The notes below the pieces were generated by a model. The model was not told the DNA's origin and made no database searches. It was given only the letters and a program-made list of their open reading frames with translations. This document shows, piece after piece, positions 1 through 10,097 of a stretch of 64,000 bases of DNA (the stretch's first letter is position 1; each line of letters begins with the position of its first letter). Made by a program: the position numbers and the translations under genes. The DNA comes from a virus (Duplodnaviria > Heunggongvirae > Uroviricota > Caudoviricetes). The DNA is taken from IMG/VR virus record IMGVR_UViG_3300015615_001076, positions 26,742 through 90,741 of that record; one strand, given 5' to 3'.

Positions 1-8
1 CAGCAAAC

Positions 9-977
9 TCATGCTGGCACTCCTTTCATGTGAGAGATCGTCGAGAGCAGATGCCTGACAGCCGCAGCGGCTTCGTCTTCCGACACGCCCTCTGTCTCGG
101 TGAGGTACTTCGTCATCGTCGCCAGATCGGGCTTGGCGACTTTCCCCGCTTGCAATCCTTTGAGCAGACCGGTAATCAATTTCTTCGTGGAACCGTGTAG
201 TGATTCCTGCCGTAAGGCGCCGCCACCCGCTAAGGCCGCATGATCGGTACCGTACCCAGCCGTCACAGACTTTTCGATGGTTTCGTATTCCAACGTGGAC
301 CCTGGACCGATCCAGGACTTGGCGAAGACATCGAGCGGCATCGTCGTGACACCCGGCACCGTGGGGTTCACCGGCTCACGCGAAAAGCCAATGTTGTTCC
401 AATAGACCTTCTTGATGGCTCGCACGGGCGCCGATTCCCCTTTCGGGAGAATCACGCCACGATCGCGGACATGCCCACCGACTGAGGGATACCAGGGCAT
501 GGGGGGATGGACTTCAGTGAGACTGGACCAAAACTTGTTGGCCTCTTCGGCCATGTCACCGGAGCCTTGGTAAATGAACCCTTTGACGAAGGTCCGCCCG
601 CGCTCGAATCGCACATCGGTCGGTCGTCCAATTTCGTAGCGCCGGGGATTGTCGAGCTTGCGGGCATACCCAATAATCGTCAGATGATCGATATCGAAGT
701 TGCCTTTAGCGAGAAAGTAGTCGGCGGATTCCTTCAGGGCTTCACGCAGGACGCGCTCTCCGTCAAGGTCGGTGCCTTCATTCGACGGTTCACAAAAAAT
801 GACGCGCTGCCCGGCTTCGACCTTGGGGGTCGCTTTCAGGAAAACGTGGGGAAGCGAAATAGCCGACTGGCACTCATGCACCATACGGCGCACGATAGAA
901 CGAAACCCGTGCACCATGAGCGCCATGCGCGACAGATGCACCGGACGCGACACGTGCGACACAAGACCGCTTGACAA
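9..977 (-). CDS. hypothetical protein (322 aa); N-terminus possibly over-extended
   Basis: Long minus-strand ORF in frame with the rest of the element. No motif I can name. Confidence 0.4.
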   Translation of the reverse strand: MSSGLVSHVSRPVHLSRMALMVHGFRSIVRRMVHECQSAISLPHVFLKATPKVEAGQRVIFCEPSNEGTDLDGERVLREALKESADYFLAKGNFDIDHLTIIGYARKLDNPRRYEIGRPTDVRFERGRTFVKGFIYQGSGDMAEEANKFWSSLTEVHPPMPWYPSVGGHVRDRGVILPKGESAPVRAIKKVYWNNIGFSREPVNPTVPGVTTMPLDVFAKSWIGPGSTLEYETIEKSVTAGYGTDHAALAGGGALRQESLHGSTKKLITGLLKGLQAGKVAKPDLATMTKYLTETEGVSEDEAAAAVRHLLSTISHMKGVPA

Positions 978-1206
978 GCAGACTGGCTCGGCAGTATCAT
1001 TATATCAACATATGGTGATATGGAGGGACGCATGAGAAAGCCGACAGCACCAACAGCCACCTTATTGCAGACGATGAAGCTGATTGAAATCCAACTGTCG
1101 TACAACCATGCACCCGATGCCGCCATGCAACAGGTCATGCTCAATGCCGCTCGCGAGGCCATTACCAAAACAGAAGGAAGTATTCGACGATGACGAGAGA
1201 CAGGAG

Positions 1207-1479
1207 ATGGTCGATGAAGGCATGCTCAAGAAACTGATCCACGAAGCAGAACAGGCTGGCGCGTCACTCGCCGTGGCGCCGATGGCCTACAACGCGAAGA
1301 CACAAGAATACGAGCGGGTGGACTATTCCTGCCTCCAGCGCATGCGGGAGGCGATGCGTCAAATAGATCATGACATGAGACACCCGCTTGCGTCGGAGAT
1401 CAAAGGGAAACGTCGGATCATCGTGATCCAGGAGCCGTTTGAAGATTGGAATACCACCCTGAAGGAGTGCATCCCATGA
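1207..1479 (+). CDS. hypothetical protein; C-terminal domain paralogous to 47989..48492 (both end QRMREAM...TTLKECIP)
   Basis: An internal ATG at 1207 gives a 90-aa product. The C-terminal 40 aa are clearly homologous to the C-terminus of the 167-aa protein at 47989..48492, and the last 23 nt are identical as an inverted copy. An alternative small ORF 1031..1198 lies in another frame. Confidence 0.4.
   Translation: MVDEGMLKKLIHEAEQAGASLAVAPMAYNAKTQEYERVDYSCLQRMREAMRQIDHDMRHPLASEIKGKRRIIVIQEPFEDWNTTLKECIP
1453..1475. repeat. 23-nt exact repeat, inverted copy at 47993..48015
   Basis: accaccctgaaggagtgcatccc at the 3' ends of two paralogous genes on opposite strands. Confidence 0.7.
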
Positions 1480-1507
1480 CATCTAGACAAGGCTGATCGA
1501 TCAACGC

Positions 1508-1696
1508 TTGATGAGGGAGGGCATGGCCACATCGAAACAGGGCTCCAGTAAGTTGATTCCACGACAGTTCATGATTAGCGCCGAACAGGACGAGTGGCTC
1601 CGTGAGAAAGAGTACCGCGAGAAGAAGGCCTCGAAGAGTGAGATCGTTCGAGAAGCGTTGGACCGGGCGATGAAAGAGGACAAGAAGAAGACATGA
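1508..1696 (+). CDS. ribbon-helix-helix (CopG/Arc/ParG-like) DNA-binding protein
   Basis: 62 aa. Has a beta-strand then two helices, '...KLIPRQFMISAEQDEWL...SKSEIVREALDRAM', typical of RHH antitoxin/repressor folds. The stop overlaps the start of the next gene (ATGA). Confidence 0.55.
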   Translation: MMREGMATSKQGSSKLIPRQFMISAEQDEWLREKEYREKKASKSEIVREALDRAMKEDKKKT

Positions 1697-2064
1697 GATC
1701 GTCGATGCACTACAGCATGCTCATGGTGATGATGCTGTTCATGTGTGCCACCACGAGCCGCGCTGGGACGGGTTTCGATGACAAATACGAACGGGACTAT
1801 AACATCTTCACCCCAACCAATCGGTATGCTCCCGACAATCCACTGAATCCGGCGAACGCCTCTGCGCCGAACAGTCCGTTCAGTCCCATCAACCGGTACG
1901 ATCCCGACAATCCGGCTAACCCCGCCAATCAATACCGCCCGAATAATCCGTTCAATCCGGCGAATCGCTACCATCCGGAGAATCCATTCAATCCAGCAAA
2001 CCAGTACAACAACGTACCGTTTGCGCCGCTGGACAGGGCGCGAACACGTCAACACAGGCCATGA
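1693..2064 (+). CDS. secreted Asn/Pro-rich tandem-repeat protein
   Basis: N-terminal hydrophobic signal (MLMVMMLFMCATTSRAG). About 8 tandem copies of NRY-x-PDNP-x-NPAN-like units. Confidence 0.5.
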   Translation: MRSSMHYSMLMVMMLFMCATTSRAGTGFDDKYERDYNIFTPTNRYAPDNPLNPANASAPNSPFSPINRYDPDNPANPANQYRPNNPFNPANRYHPENPFNPANQYNNVPFAPLDRARTRQHRP

Positions 2065-2236
2065 AACAGAATCAGAAGAGCAATGCGCACGATCGTGACA
2101 CGCCTAGCAAAGTGTTCGCGGCATGGCACAAGCAGCTACGTAAGTCGGTGCGAGTCGACGCCTCCGGCTTGATCGGCGAACTGCATGGCCCAATTCTTGA
2201 TAAGTGGAGCACGCCACAGGGCAAGAGAGATCGACC

Positions 2237-2668
2237 ATGATGAGAGTGACTGCCTGCGCATTACTCGCTTGGATGATGTGCTCTGGTTGCATGCTCCGTG
2301 AGCTGATCGTTCCGACCCCGTTGGTGCCGGCTCAACTGGCGGCGAATGGAGCCGTCCTGCTCGAAGATCAGCTCGAAGATCCGGAACTGGACGCCAAAGA
2401 CTCCAGCCCGATTGAGGTTGTGGCGGATGTGGTGAACTCACCGGCCACGCTCTTTTGGACCGGCATCTCGCTTCAACTCGCCACGCTCTGGAGCGTCGGG
2501 GAATTGCTCGTGGGGGATCAACCCGATTTTAACAAGCGGATTGCTCAGGTTGAGCGATGGATCGGACCTCGGCTGGCATCGGCCCCCCCACCTCCACCGG
2601 CTCCGCCATCACCGACTCCAACAATGGATGACTGGCGTCAGACGCCGAGGGGATGGGTGCGATATTAA
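2237..2668 (+). CDS. putative lipoprotein with Pro-rich C-terminus
   Basis: The signal ends in lipobox-like LAWMMCSGC. C-terminal PPPPPAPPSPTP linker. The 3' end overlaps the convergent ORF 2529..2891. Confidence 0.4.
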   Translation: MMRVTACALLAWMMCSGCMLRELIVPTPLVPAQLAANGAVLLEDQLEDPELDAKDSSPIEVVADVVNSPATLFWTGISLQLATLWSVGELLVGDQPDFNKRIAQVERWIGPRLASAPPPPPAPPSPTPTMDDWRQTPRGWVRY

Positions 2669-2891
2669 TTTCCGTTTTTCCTCGTAAGATCTCATGCAGC
2701 GCGACGGTGAATTCTTCTTCGGTCACCCCGACCTTTCCACGCAAAAGCGTTTCATGCTGCAAGATGTGCAGGCGTAACAGCGCCAGCTCCGATTGCAGGT
2801 GCTTGTTCGCCGTCTGGAGCACGTCAATCGTCTGTTGCTGCTGTTGGAGTTCCTCGTAGAGCTGTGCCCAACGTGGTCGCTTCATCATCAT
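2529..2891 (-). CDS. coiled-coil hypothetical protein
   Basis: Gln/Leu-rich heptad N-terminus (EELQQQQQTIDVLQTANKHLQSELALLRL). The true 3' end is uncertain because it overlaps the convergent 2237..2668 ORF. Confidence 0.3.
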   Translation of the reverse strand: MMMKRPRWAQLYEELQQQQQTIDVLQTANKHLQSELALLRLHILQHETLLRGKVGVTEEEFTVALHEILRGKTEINIAPIPSASDASHPLLESVMAEPVEVGGPMPAEVRSIAQPEQSAC

Positions 2892-3232
2892 GATTCATCC
2901 CCCTGGTTGAGCGTCCCGACGACATCACAGTGCCGGCGGTCGAGTAAGAGTTGTCGATACCGTTCTTCCTCATCTAGCGTTCGAAGACCGTGCTGTTCCA
3001 GTTGCTCGATGCTTTGATGGACACCCCGACGCATGCCGATCGCCGCGTCTCCAATCTGTGTCCGTGCAGTCTGGGCCTGTTGCAATTGGCCTTCAACCAG
3101 CGCCAAGGCCCGTAGGACCGCCTTGCGGGATTGATTCTCCTGCGGCTGGTCCTCCGGCATCGTCTCGTTCTCAGCGGTTGAGACATCCACATGTTCATCG
3201 TTCGTCTGATCGGCTGTTGTCTGTCCCGTCAT
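2888..3232 (-). CDS. hypothetical acidic protein upstream of the giant helicase gene
   Basis: The stop overlaps the start of 2529..2891 and its start overlaps the end of 3229..9660 (operon-like coupling). Confidence 0.4.
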   Translation of the reverse strand: MTGQTTADQTNDEHVDVSTAENETMPEDQPQENQSRKAVLRALALVEGQLQQAQTARTQIGDAAIGMRRGVHQSIEQLEQHGLRTLDEEERYRQLLLDRRHCDVVGTLNQGDES

Positions 3233-6200
3233 GCTGCCACCGGCTCTTTCGTGTGCTCCGTGAGCAGCGAGGCGGCAATCCCACTGTCCTCCAGACCTTC
3301 ATAGGGCGATGTGAGCATTTCTCGCAAGCCAGACTTCCGTTCCAACCGAGCTTTGTTTTTCTGATCCAAGAGTGAATCGGTTTGCAAGGTCACGACGTCG
3401 ACATCGTGCTTTTGTCCCAGTCGATGAATCCGTCCCGTCCGCTGCCACCACGTCTTGGCTGTGGACGGAATATCAAAATGGATCACAAACCGCCCGCGTT
3501 GCGCATTCATGCCAGTTGCGCCGGCGTCCGACACCACCAGGATATCGGCTTCTGCCTCACGGCCGTTTGGTGGCCGAAACATGAGCTGCTTCCGGCCTTT
3601 TTCTTTGGCCGAATCTGATCCAGTGATGGTGACGACTCGATGACCCTGGGCTTTCAATTGTTTGGTCAATTGCGCCACCGCCTCTCGATGATGCGCGAAG
3701 ATCAACCCCGGCTTGCCTTCCTCCCGATAGCGATTCACTCGCGCAATCGTCTCTTTCATCTTCGCGTTGTGCTCCGGATCTGCCAGATTGACGACTCGCG
3801 ACAGCGCCGTATCTCGCAGGGTGCCCAGGGCCTCATTGAGCCGTGCGCCCATCTCGTCATCCTTCGTGCCGGTAAAGCTCGCTGGGCTGAGTTGCTTTAG
3901 CGCGGAAAGATCAACGGTCCCATCTCGTCGCGCTTGTCGCGCCTTGCGATAAGCCGTCATGACCCCCTCATAATCCGCCTTCTGTTTTTCGGACAAGGCC
4001 ACCGGCACATCCTGCTTGATCGCTTGCACACCAGGATCGACGCGCCCAGGGAACAGCCGACCCATCAACTCTCGCTTGAGGGAGTCCCGTGCCGCCGTCG
4101 TATTGATACCGTACTTCGCCATGAACTCCTCTCGATCGGCATACCGCTCTGGATCGACTTTGCGAAGGGCGTCATGCAACTCAGACACGTCATTCTTGAT
4201 GGGGTCTGCACTAGCCGACACGTAGTAGGGCGTTTCGGCTCCCAACGCATCCAGGACGTTCGCAAAAAGACTGTCGGTCTTCCCTTGACGGTTCAGTGCA
4301 TCATGGGCTTCATCCACATTCAGGTAGTCCCAATGAATGCCTTCTTTCTGCATCGTCTCTTGCAAGGCAACCCGCCGTTGTTTGTCCGTCAAACCTTGAA
4401 ACCGTTGACTCATCTCCTCTTCAGGGATGCCCGCCTGTTTGGCCATCAGATGCACCAGATCATCGCGTAAGGCTTGATGCGTCACGACCGCAAAATGATG
4501 CTTTGGGTCTTTGTAGGCCGCGATGCGTTCATCTCGTGGTGCCCCGGCATTCGCCCACCAGGAATACTGCCCTGGCTCCAACACATTGGCGGCTTCCGCT
4601 CCGAATTGCCGTTGCACGATCGACGGGACCGCAAAGATCCCGCGTCTCACCTTGCCTTGGCTATGCAGATGGGTGAAGGCTCCCAAGGATATCGCTGTCT
4701 TTCCTGACCCTGTTCCCAAGGCCCCAATCATGCGTTTGTTGTGCTCAATCAGCTTTATCAGTCGTTGCTGATTGGCGAATTTTCCGTCCATGCGCATGTC
4801 GGGAATCAACGTCACCGGTTCATTCGGACTAAAGTTTCTGGCGACTTGAGGAAGGGCGGCTGTCAGTTGTTGCTCGACGGTATCCCCCAGTGTCCAGCGT
4901 TCATCGGCTTTCAACGTCGGATGTTTTGGATCCTCTTGCTGAGCTAAGAACATGGAGACTTGGTTTTGATCAGCGATCGCGGCGAGTTCACGAGCGCGAT
5001 CGAGCTTGTCTTTCACGCTTCCGGCCGCATACTTGCCTTCGGTCCGATTGCGTAACTGATCGACCGCTTGTCGTTGTTCGGCTAATCGCGTCTCACGCGC
5101 TTGCGGGTCGACAGCATCCAAATGGGCGATGTTCCCTCGCAGAACCGTCCGTCCCAGTTTCAATGGCTGCTTGGTAACCTTCTTATACTGATCCGCAAAG
5201 GCCTGGACCGCGTGGCTCTTCAGATGATCCTGCATGGCGCCATAGGCACCCTCTCGACCACGATGCAGTTCCACATACTTGTCCCACGACAGTCCGGCCT
5301 GCTGAGCCTGGTCCAACAGCGCTTGCCGCTGGCCATGCCAGGCCTGCCACTCCGGATTCTCTTGGACGCCAAAGAGCCCATCGGATTCTTTGGGCGGTTC
5401 TGGCCCTAAGGCTTCCAGCTGTTCTTTGACCATCCCCTGCTGTTCCGGCTTGGCAAACGTCTGCTCGAAATGGTGTCGAAGAATCGTTTGATCCTGTGGG
5501 CTCAAGTCTCCAATCTTCTTAAAGGCCACCATCCGGCGAGGGTCTTCCGCCATGACGCGATGCAGCGCTTCATAGGTCGGCTTCGCTGTCGGGTCAATCT
5601 GTTGGGCATGCAATGGTGCCGCATCCGGCCCGTACTTCTTCGTCACATATTCCTCGGCCATCCGCCTGAACGTGTCGGTGTGCGCCTCAGCGCGTAATGG
5701 TTTCCCGGTCGCATCCCGTAGTGGGGCTATCCGATCAATCGCCTCGAAATAGGCTTGCCGCTGTCCGTCCGGGACCTGATTCACCAGATCATGAGACAAG
5801 AGGCTGGAATAGATCTGGGCCACCGGCACCCCATCGGCCATGTGATTGCCGATATAGTCCTTCAAGTCCTCTTCAATCAGACCGTGGCTCGACACGGAGA
5901 ACGGCTTGGCAAACGATACCGCTTGTTCATTCGGGTCGGTATACGATGATTGGGGACGACGGGCAAACCCCGCCGGTAACCAGCCCTCTTCATCATGTTC
6001 ACCATTGAGCACCGCTCGTGTGTACTCGTAGCGCTTCGCTTCGTCCGGATCGATGCGGCGCGTGAGTTTCGGAAGGCCACTCTTGTTGATCGTCGCGTAC
6101 CGGGTTTTCCCGTCTGATTCGATCGCATAGTCTTCTTTCGAAAGGCCAATGGCTCGCAACTGCTTGATCGCCGTGTCGTTGTTGATCGATCCAAGCGACA

Positions 6201-9200
6201 CCTGCATGCCCTGAACCGGTCCGGCTTGCAGCGCATACTGCAAGGCGGCGACCGCCTCCATTTCACCCAGTGTGGACCCCAGCAACGACCGCGCTTCCTG
6301 CAACATCTCCACGCGCTTGGCGTTCAACTCACTGGCCACCGCCAGTTCTGTTGGTGAGTCAACCGTCCCGAGTTGAATCTCGCGGGCTTGCTCGCTGAGT
6401 TCCTGAGCCCGTGCAATGGCTTCTCGTGAGGCGTCGACATGATTGGATTGATGATAGGCCGCCAATCGTTCCGTAAACCCCTTCACATCGTCTGGCGCGA
6501 GCTTCGTATGCATCGCGTAGGCTACGGCTTGCGCAGCCCCAGCCGTCCCCAACACCGCGATAACATCATGGGGAATGACGTCTTGTCCGGTCAGCCCTAA
6601 CGACGCTCTGGTGAGCGCGTTCGTGGCACCGACCTGAATATGCCGGTCCAACGATTCCGCATGTTTGTCTGGGTCGTCGAGCGACAACGGCGTTTCGACC
6701 GTGCGGAGAAAGGACTTGCACAGATCTTGACGTTCGCGTTCTTTGGCGTCAGCTTCCAATTCAGCGATGAGCTCACTGGACAGAACCGGCTTCGCGTCGA
6801 TCACGTACGACTTCGCCACCGCCTCTTTCCCGGCCTTGATTGCCTTCGCTTGTTTGCTGGTTTGCGCCTGGACTTGTTGGACCTGTTTGGCCACGGTCAA
6901 GAGTGCCATCGCCTTTGACGGCACAACCGCCTTTGTATTCCGTTGGGTCGTCGCCACCTTGCCGGAGGCCTCGGCCTGTTGGACTTCCTCACGGATCTTA
7001 GCCATTGATTCTTGTAAGCGTTGGCCGGCCTCTGCCGAGCCTGGAGCGACGTCGGTCTTGCGTTGCGCCTTCAGATCCTCCACCTCTTGTTCTAATTCGT
7101 CCTCGGTAAGTCCTGCGGCATGGGCCTTTTCCGCATATCGCGTCCGGTATCCTTTCCCTGTTTCCGTCTGCGTCCCAGTCAGATCGGTCAATCCCAAGAC
7201 ATCCGGTTCGGTTCGATGAATCGAGAGTTCCCCAAGCTTGGCTTCCGCTCGCGCATCGAGGTCATCCATGATCCGTTCACGGGTCTGTTGCACGACGTCC
7301 ATGGCATCCCGCAGCAATTGCCGGTGATGCTTGGCAATCAATACACCCTTCGCGGCGTCACTCAGCCCTTGGAGCTGTTCTGGCTTGAGGTCAATATCTT
7401 CCCAGCCCATGGACTTCGCCACATGATCGATCAGCGTCCGTTCATGCTGCTGCCGCTGGGTTTTCAGTTCAGCTAAGGCCTTCTTTTTGGGCTCATAGGT
7501 GCCGGCTTCCTTGTCCTGCTTGATCCGCTCTTTGTCGGATGCTTTCTTGGCCTTGGCCCGATCCGTGGCCTGTTGTGTGTACTCTTCCTGGCTCTTCACG
7601 TTGGTCAGCTTGAGGTAATTGAGTTTGCCTCCGGCACCGCCGATGACATGATAGGTGCCCTTGTCGGTCTTCGACTCGCGGATGAGGATCGGCTGGCCTT
7701 CGCCATTCCCGCCATGTACCGTAATCCACCGACACGACTCGCCAGGGCCACAGGAGGATTTCTTGAAGGTCATGCGCAATGCGGGTCTGCCTGGACACCG
7801 GCCATCCGTCCGCTCTTCCTCACCACAGATCGCACAACGCGGGTGCCCGTTTGGATGCGTCCAGCGGGCAGCTTTGAAGGCATGCAGGTTGCGGCCTTCT
7901 TGCGTCGACCGTTCACGGATCGCCTTCGTCTCTTCATCATAGTCAGCCTGATCAGCAGCAGAGAGTGATTTGATCATGGCAGGCTTATCTTTAGTGGCTA
8001 GCACCTTGCGCTTGAACTCTTCCATTGGAAGAGTATGCATCGATCCAAAAAAGCGCGGGTCGGTGTAATTGTCGAGAAACGCTTGCTTCGCCTCTTCAGC
8101 CGAATCAAACCCCAGCATTGTCTTATCTTCGTCCCATCGCTTGAAGTCAGGGACAGCCATGGCATGGATCACATACGCATGCGTGGCGTCAGGATTGGGG
8201 CCAAGGAAGCAATCGACATGGTCTCCGTCTACACCTTGGGTACCCCTAATGTACCCATAGGCATGCTGCATCTTGATTTCTCCGGACTCGCCCTTGCGGT
8301 TCGTCCACCGGCGGATGCTGCCTTTCCGGTTTTCGATGGTGATCTCAAGCCCTTGGAAGGTAGTCTTGTAGTCGATCGGATGGCCGCCGCCATGGATGCC
8401 TTTGAAAACCATGGACATTGATGACTTCGAAAGGCGATCGTCTACCGGTTTTTTTGGGGGGCTTCTGTTGAACTCCTGAATAGCGCGTGTTAGACTCTCA
8501 ATGAGCCCGGTGGGCCGGTTGGAAGTCGGGGGCTTCGGCCCTGTCTGCGTCCGCCACGTAATGGACATCGGGCTCGACTCTTCAACGTTCACTGCCTCGA
8601 CCGTATAAATTCGTCTTCCCTGCTCCTGATTCACATACTCTTTAACGGTGAGTTTCACCATCCTCGCTTGTGAACCAACACGCATGGCGGTAAAGAGCCG
8701 ATAGACGGTGCCCATATTGGCATTTGCATCACGGTCAGGTCGCTGCTCGCCGACTCTGGCGTCAGCGAAGAGTCCATCAAGATTCGCGACCGCCAAGGCA
8801 TGCTCATGCGGTGTACTTGACTTGCTCACTGCACTTTCGCTCAGCATCTTGTCGAGCGACTGGCGCGACACCGTGGCGGTAATGCCATCCCCGCTTGTGA
8901 GTGTGCGACCTTGGAACGTACGCGCTATCGTTCTGGCTTCGCTAAACGTGTAGGTCGGGCGAAGTTGCTGTGACTCGATCACCCGTTGCCAATGATCTGG
9001 TGCGGTGAGGGGGGCTGGCGCATCATCCGTATCCGGACGTCTAGACGTCTTTCGCTCATGTTCTCTTACAAATGTGCCATCTTTTTTCGTATACGCTCGC
9101 ACTCTGGCCTTGAGAAAAGCGTGGTGTACCTGTTCGATCGCCTTCCGGAGTTCGTCAGACTCATCATCCCCGACCGTCGCCGCCCGCCAGATCGCGAGCT

Positions 9201-9660
9201 TCAATGCATCCTCTCCGCCAATCGGGAGGACGGATCCAGACGGGGAAAGCTTCGGTGTACCGTCCGGATGCCGATCCACTGTATGCAAGCCGATCAACGC
9301 TAACTTCTGGGCGAGAAACTCATGCGGGGTCTTATACAGTCCACCTGACTGATAGCCGGCTTCCTTCGCAAGATCCTGGACAATACCCTTCGTGTCGTGA
9401 TCTTCCCACAGTAACGGGTGTGGCCAATCGCGTTCCTTCTTCAGCCGTTGAGCGGTTTGGACCATGGCAGTCGAACGCTGATAGGCTTCTTCCGGAGTCG
9501 CCGTCGCAGGACCAACTTTGCGATGAGCGACATAGGGATGCACCACGGCGACGTGACCGTTCGAAGTCTGCCGAACACTGCCAGCCACCTGTACCGCTTG
9601 CTCCTGTTCGAAGCGTAGCGGCAGCGCCTTACGGATGGAACGCAGCACCCACGTCAGCAT
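3229..9660 (-). CDS. giant polyvalent protein (2143 aa) with SNF2/DEAD-like helicase domain
   Basis: Walker A GTGSGKT, DEAH box (LNVDEAHDA), helicase motif VI QRTGRIHRLGQ near the C-terminus. A zinc ribbon lies mid-protein (CAICGEE...CPGRP...CGPGESC). The KDGTFV motif sits at about residue 190. Size and architecture match injected polyvalent phage proteins. Confidence 0.85.
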   Translation of the reverse strand: MLTWVLRSIRKALPLRFEQEQAVQVAGSVRQTSNGHVAVVHPYVAHRKVGPATATPEEAYQRSTAMVQTAQRLKKERDWPHPLLWEDHDTKGIVQDLAKEAGYQSGGLYKTPHEFLAQKLALIGLHTVDRHPDGTPKLSPSGSVLPIGGEDALKLAIWRAATVGDDESDELRKAIEQVHHAFLKARVRAYTKKDGTFVREHERKTSRRPDTDDAPAPLTAPDHWQRVIESQQLRPTYTFSEARTIARTFQGRTLTSGDGITATVSRQSLDKMLSESAVSKSSTPHEHALAVANLDGLFADARVGEQRPDRDANANMGTVYRLFTAMRVGSQARMVKLTVKEYVNQEQGRRIYTVEAVNVEESSPMSITWRTQTGPKPPTSNRPTGLIESLTRAIQEFNRSPPKKPVDDRLSKSSMSMVFKGIHGGGHPIDYKTTFQGLEITIENRKGSIRRWTNRKGESGEIKMQHAYGYIRGTQGVDGDHVDCFLGPNPDATHAYVIHAMAVPDFKRWDEDKTMLGFDSAEEAKQAFLDNYTDPRFFGSMHTLPMEEFKRKVLATKDKPAMIKSLSAADQADYDEETKAIRERSTQEGRNLHAFKAARWTHPNGHPRCAICGEEERTDGRCPGRPALRMTFKKSSCGPGESCRWITVHGGNGEGQPILIRESKTDKGTYHVIGGAGGKLNYLKLTNVKSQEEYTQQATDRAKAKKASDKERIKQDKEAGTYEPKKKALAELKTQRQQHERTLIDHVAKSMGWEDIDLKPEQLQGLSDAAKGVLIAKHHRQLLRDAMDVVQQTRERIMDDLDARAEAKLGELSIHRTEPDVLGLTDLTGTQTETGKGYRTRYAEKAHAAGLTEDELEQEVEDLKAQRKTDVAPGSAEAGQRLQESMAKIREEVQQAEASGKVATTQRNTKAVVPSKAMALLTVAKQVQQVQAQTSKQAKAIKAGKEAVAKSYVIDAKPVLSSELIAELEADAKERERQDLCKSFLRTVETPLSLDDPDKHAESLDRHIQVGATNALTRASLGLTGQDVIPHDVIAVLGTAGAAQAVAYAMHTKLAPDDVKGFTERLAAYHQSNHVDASREAIARAQELSEQAREIQLGTVDSPTELAVASELNAKRVEMLQEARSLLGSTLGEMEAVAALQYALQAGPVQGMQVSLGSINNDTAIKQLRAIGLSKEDYAIESDGKTRYATINKSGLPKLTRRIDPDEAKRYEYTRAVLNGEHDEEGWLPAGFARRPQSSYTDPNEQAVSFAKPFSVSSHGLIEEDLKDYIGNHMADGVPVAQIYSSLLSHDLVNQVPDGQRQAYFEAIDRIAPLRDATGKPLRAEAHTDTFRRMAEEYVTKKYGPDAAPLHAQQIDPTAKPTYEALHRVMAEDPRRMVAFKKIGDLSPQDQTILRHHFEQTFAKPEQQGMVKEQLEALGPEPPKESDGLFGVQENPEWQAWHGQRQALLDQAQQAGLSWDKYVELHRGREGAYGAMQDHLKSHAVQAFADQYKKVTKQPLKLGRTVLRGNIAHLDAVDPQARETRLAEQRQAVDQLRNRTEGKYAAGSVKDKLDRARELAAIADQNQVSMFLAQQEDPKHPTLKADERWTLGDTVEQQLTAALPQVARNFSPNEPVTLIPDMRMDGKFANQQRLIKLIEHNKRMIGALGTGSGKTAISLGAFTHLHSQGKVRRGIFAVPSIVQRQFGAEAANVLEPGQYSWWANAGAPRDERIAAYKDPKHHFAVVTHQALRDDLVHLMAKQAGIPEEEMSQRFQGLTDKQRRVALQETMQKEGIHWDYLNVDEAHDALNRQGKTDSLFANVLDALGAETPYYVSASADPIKNDVSELHDALRKVDPERYADREEFMAKYGINTTAARDSLKRELMGRLFPGRVDPGVQAIKQDVPVALSEKQKADYEGVMTAYRKARQARRDGTVDLSALKQLSPASFTGTKDDEMGARLNEALGTLRDTALSRVVNLADPEHNAKMKETIARVNRYREEGKPGLIFAHHREAVAQLTKQLKAQGHRVVTITGSDSAKEKGRKQLMFRPPNGREAEADILVVSDAGATGMNAQRGRFVIHFDIPSTAKTWWQRTGRIHRLGQKHDVDVVTLQTDSLLDQKNKARLERKSGLREMLTSPYEGLEDSGIAASLLTEHTKEPVAA

Positions 9661-9680
9661 CGTCGCGCTCCTGGCACGTC

Positions 9681-9944
9681 TTAGGAGTCCCTATCAAGAT
9701 AGGAATCAAGATGCGGATCATCAAAGCGCTTAGCATCGTCCTCTGAGGCGTTTACGTCGTCATGCACGCAGGCTAATGGGTTTCCGGCTATCGCTTCCGC
9801 ACAAATCCCCTGGATCTTTGCAAGACGATCAGCAACATACCAATACTGAGGTGTCAGAAATCCTTCTTCGCGAATCGTCTCAATTTCGTATTCGAGCCGT
9901 TTCAGAACGCGGGCAATCTGTTGTTTAGTGAGTGTCATGTCCAT
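9681..9944 (-). CDS. small acidic hypothetical protein
   Basis: 87 aa with a strongly acidic C-terminus (DDVNASEDDAKRFDDPHLDSYLDRDS). Lies between the two giant genes. Confidence 0.4.
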   Translation of the reverse strand: MDMTLTKQQIARVLKRLEYEIETIREEGFLTPQYWYVADRLAKIQGICAEAIAGNPLACVHDDVNASEDDAKRFDDPHLDSYLDRDS

Positions 9945-10097
9945 ACTCGTCCTCCTCGCGATCCATGCAGCCTACGCAGAACAGAGGGATGATCTCGTCG
10001 TCACGATTGGTAGGGCCGAGCCCCATCGCCTTTTGTACCACTACCGCCGGACGCAGCCCGGCCTTTATTTCACGGCCACAGGCCTGACACTGCGTGC

